Virus record (IMG/VR): IMGVR_UViG_3300027673_000001
Span: 18,759 to 82,758 of that record
Strand: one strand, 5' to 3'
Length of the DNA stretch: 64,000 bases
Source of the DNA: a virus
Taxonomy: Duplodnaviria > Heunggongvirae > Uroviricota > Caudoviricetes
The position numbers and the translations under genes were made by a program. Position 1 is the first letter of the stretch. The number at the start of each line of letters is the position of its first letter. This document shows positions 63,327 to 64,000 of the stretch, piece by piece. The notes below the pieces were generated by a model. It ran no database searches, was not told the origin of the DNA, and saw only the letters and a list, made by a program, of their open reading frames with translations.

Positions 63327-64000
63327 TGTTCAAGCACGAAGAATTCCTACAGGCAGTCAAGAACGACGGCCTGGCAAAACAGAATAGGTTCTTCATCAAC
63401 ATGGCTCTACCAAACATAGTTGGTGACTCTGCTGTTCTGTTTGGCTCTGCTGGCCAGATGAACAGAAACCTTCATATGTTCTGTAAGTCAGTTGATATTC
63501 CTGGGGTCTCCATCATGTCCCAGGACATTAGAACCCATGGCGAAATATACCATGGTTCTTTCGACAGAGCATTTAGCGGAGCGAACTTCACCTTTTACGT
63601 TGACCGTAACCTCTACATAAGAAAGTTCTTCGATGACTGGGTAAACGCCATACAGAACCCCTTCAATAGGAACATGGGGTATTACAAGGACTACGTCTCC
63701 CCAAACGTTTCTGTCTTGGTTTGTGACAAACAGGACCTAGTGAACTACATGATAGTGCTTTGGGACGTATCTATAAAAACAGTAGGCGCATTGAACTTGG
63801 ACCAAGCATCTTCTGACCCAATGGTTATAGACATAGGGTTTGACTATACCTACTACACCACGTTTGCCATACCCCAAGCAGACACAGGTTACAACGGAGA
63901 AGGCAGTATAGACTCTGCTCTCTACACTACAGGCACAGGCGAGACATACCTTCCCCAGGCAAACAACAGAATAACAACCCTAAACGGTATTCCTGGTAAC
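63326..64000 (+). CDS. gp54: baseplate tail tube initiator (gp54/gp19-like; partial, runs off right edge; not in ORF track)
   Basis: Hand translation from the TAATG overlap: MFKHEEFLQAVKNDGLAKQNRF...CKSVDIPG...FYVDRNLYIRKFFDDW. Confidence 0.75.
   Translation, partial: MFKHEEFLQAVKNDGLAKQNRFFINMALPNIVGDSAVLFGSAGQMNRNLHMFCKSVDIPGVSIMSQDIRTHGEIYHGSFDRAFSGANFTFYVDRNLYIRKFFDDWVNAIQNPFNRNMGYYKDYVSPNVSVLVCDKQDLVNYMIVLWDVSIKTVGALNLDQASSDPMVIDIGFDYTYYTTFAIPQADTGYNGEGSIDSALYTTGTGETYLPQANNRITTLNGIPGN

Noticed and set aside
1-64000. Stop-codon reassignment (genetic code 15 or 4)
   Set aside because: No gene is fragmented under code 11 and coding density is near complete; only absence of TAG as a stop was noted.

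Overview
A gene-dense segment of a large T4-like myophage with cyanophage-type gene order. There are about 59 CDS, nearly all on the - strand, and the strand switches to + at about 62.24 kb. In transcription order the - strand carries: baseplate genes (gp48, gp53, hub, gp5, gp25, gp6, gp7, gp8); a split DUF4815/VrlC-type virion protein; about 13 kb of fibre genes with an embedded GT2 glycosyltransferase; neck gp13/gp14; three inserted gp9/10-like paralogues; gp15, terminase gp17, sheath gp18, tube gp19 and portal gp20; a 6.1-kb five-gene insertion; head genes (gp67-like, gp21, gp22, gp23); then gp3, uvsY, uvsW, gp55, gp47, gp46 and a HEXXH/CobT-like protein running off the left edge. The + strand carries gp4, gp2 and a gp54-like gene running off the right edge. 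I saw no tRNA, rRNA, CRISPR array, intron, intein or homing endonuclease. The most unusual observations are: (i) a 71-72 bp intergenic element present twice, 54 kb apart, each copy with a TTGACA-17-TAAACT promoter firing antisense into late genes next to uvsW/uvsY and gene 5 (candidate R-loop origins or sRNA); (ii) an uncharacterised appendage-like cassette between portal and prohead-core genes; (iii) a graded paralogue trio in the neck module; (iv) a virion protein split by a Gly-rich/KIICT/TM domain; (v) a gp5 spike with two unrelated muralytic domains and no adjacent PAAR gene; (vi) promoters embedded in hairpins, leaderless starts, and no TAG stop in 57 complete genes. All product calls come from motif recognition and synteny; no database search was run.
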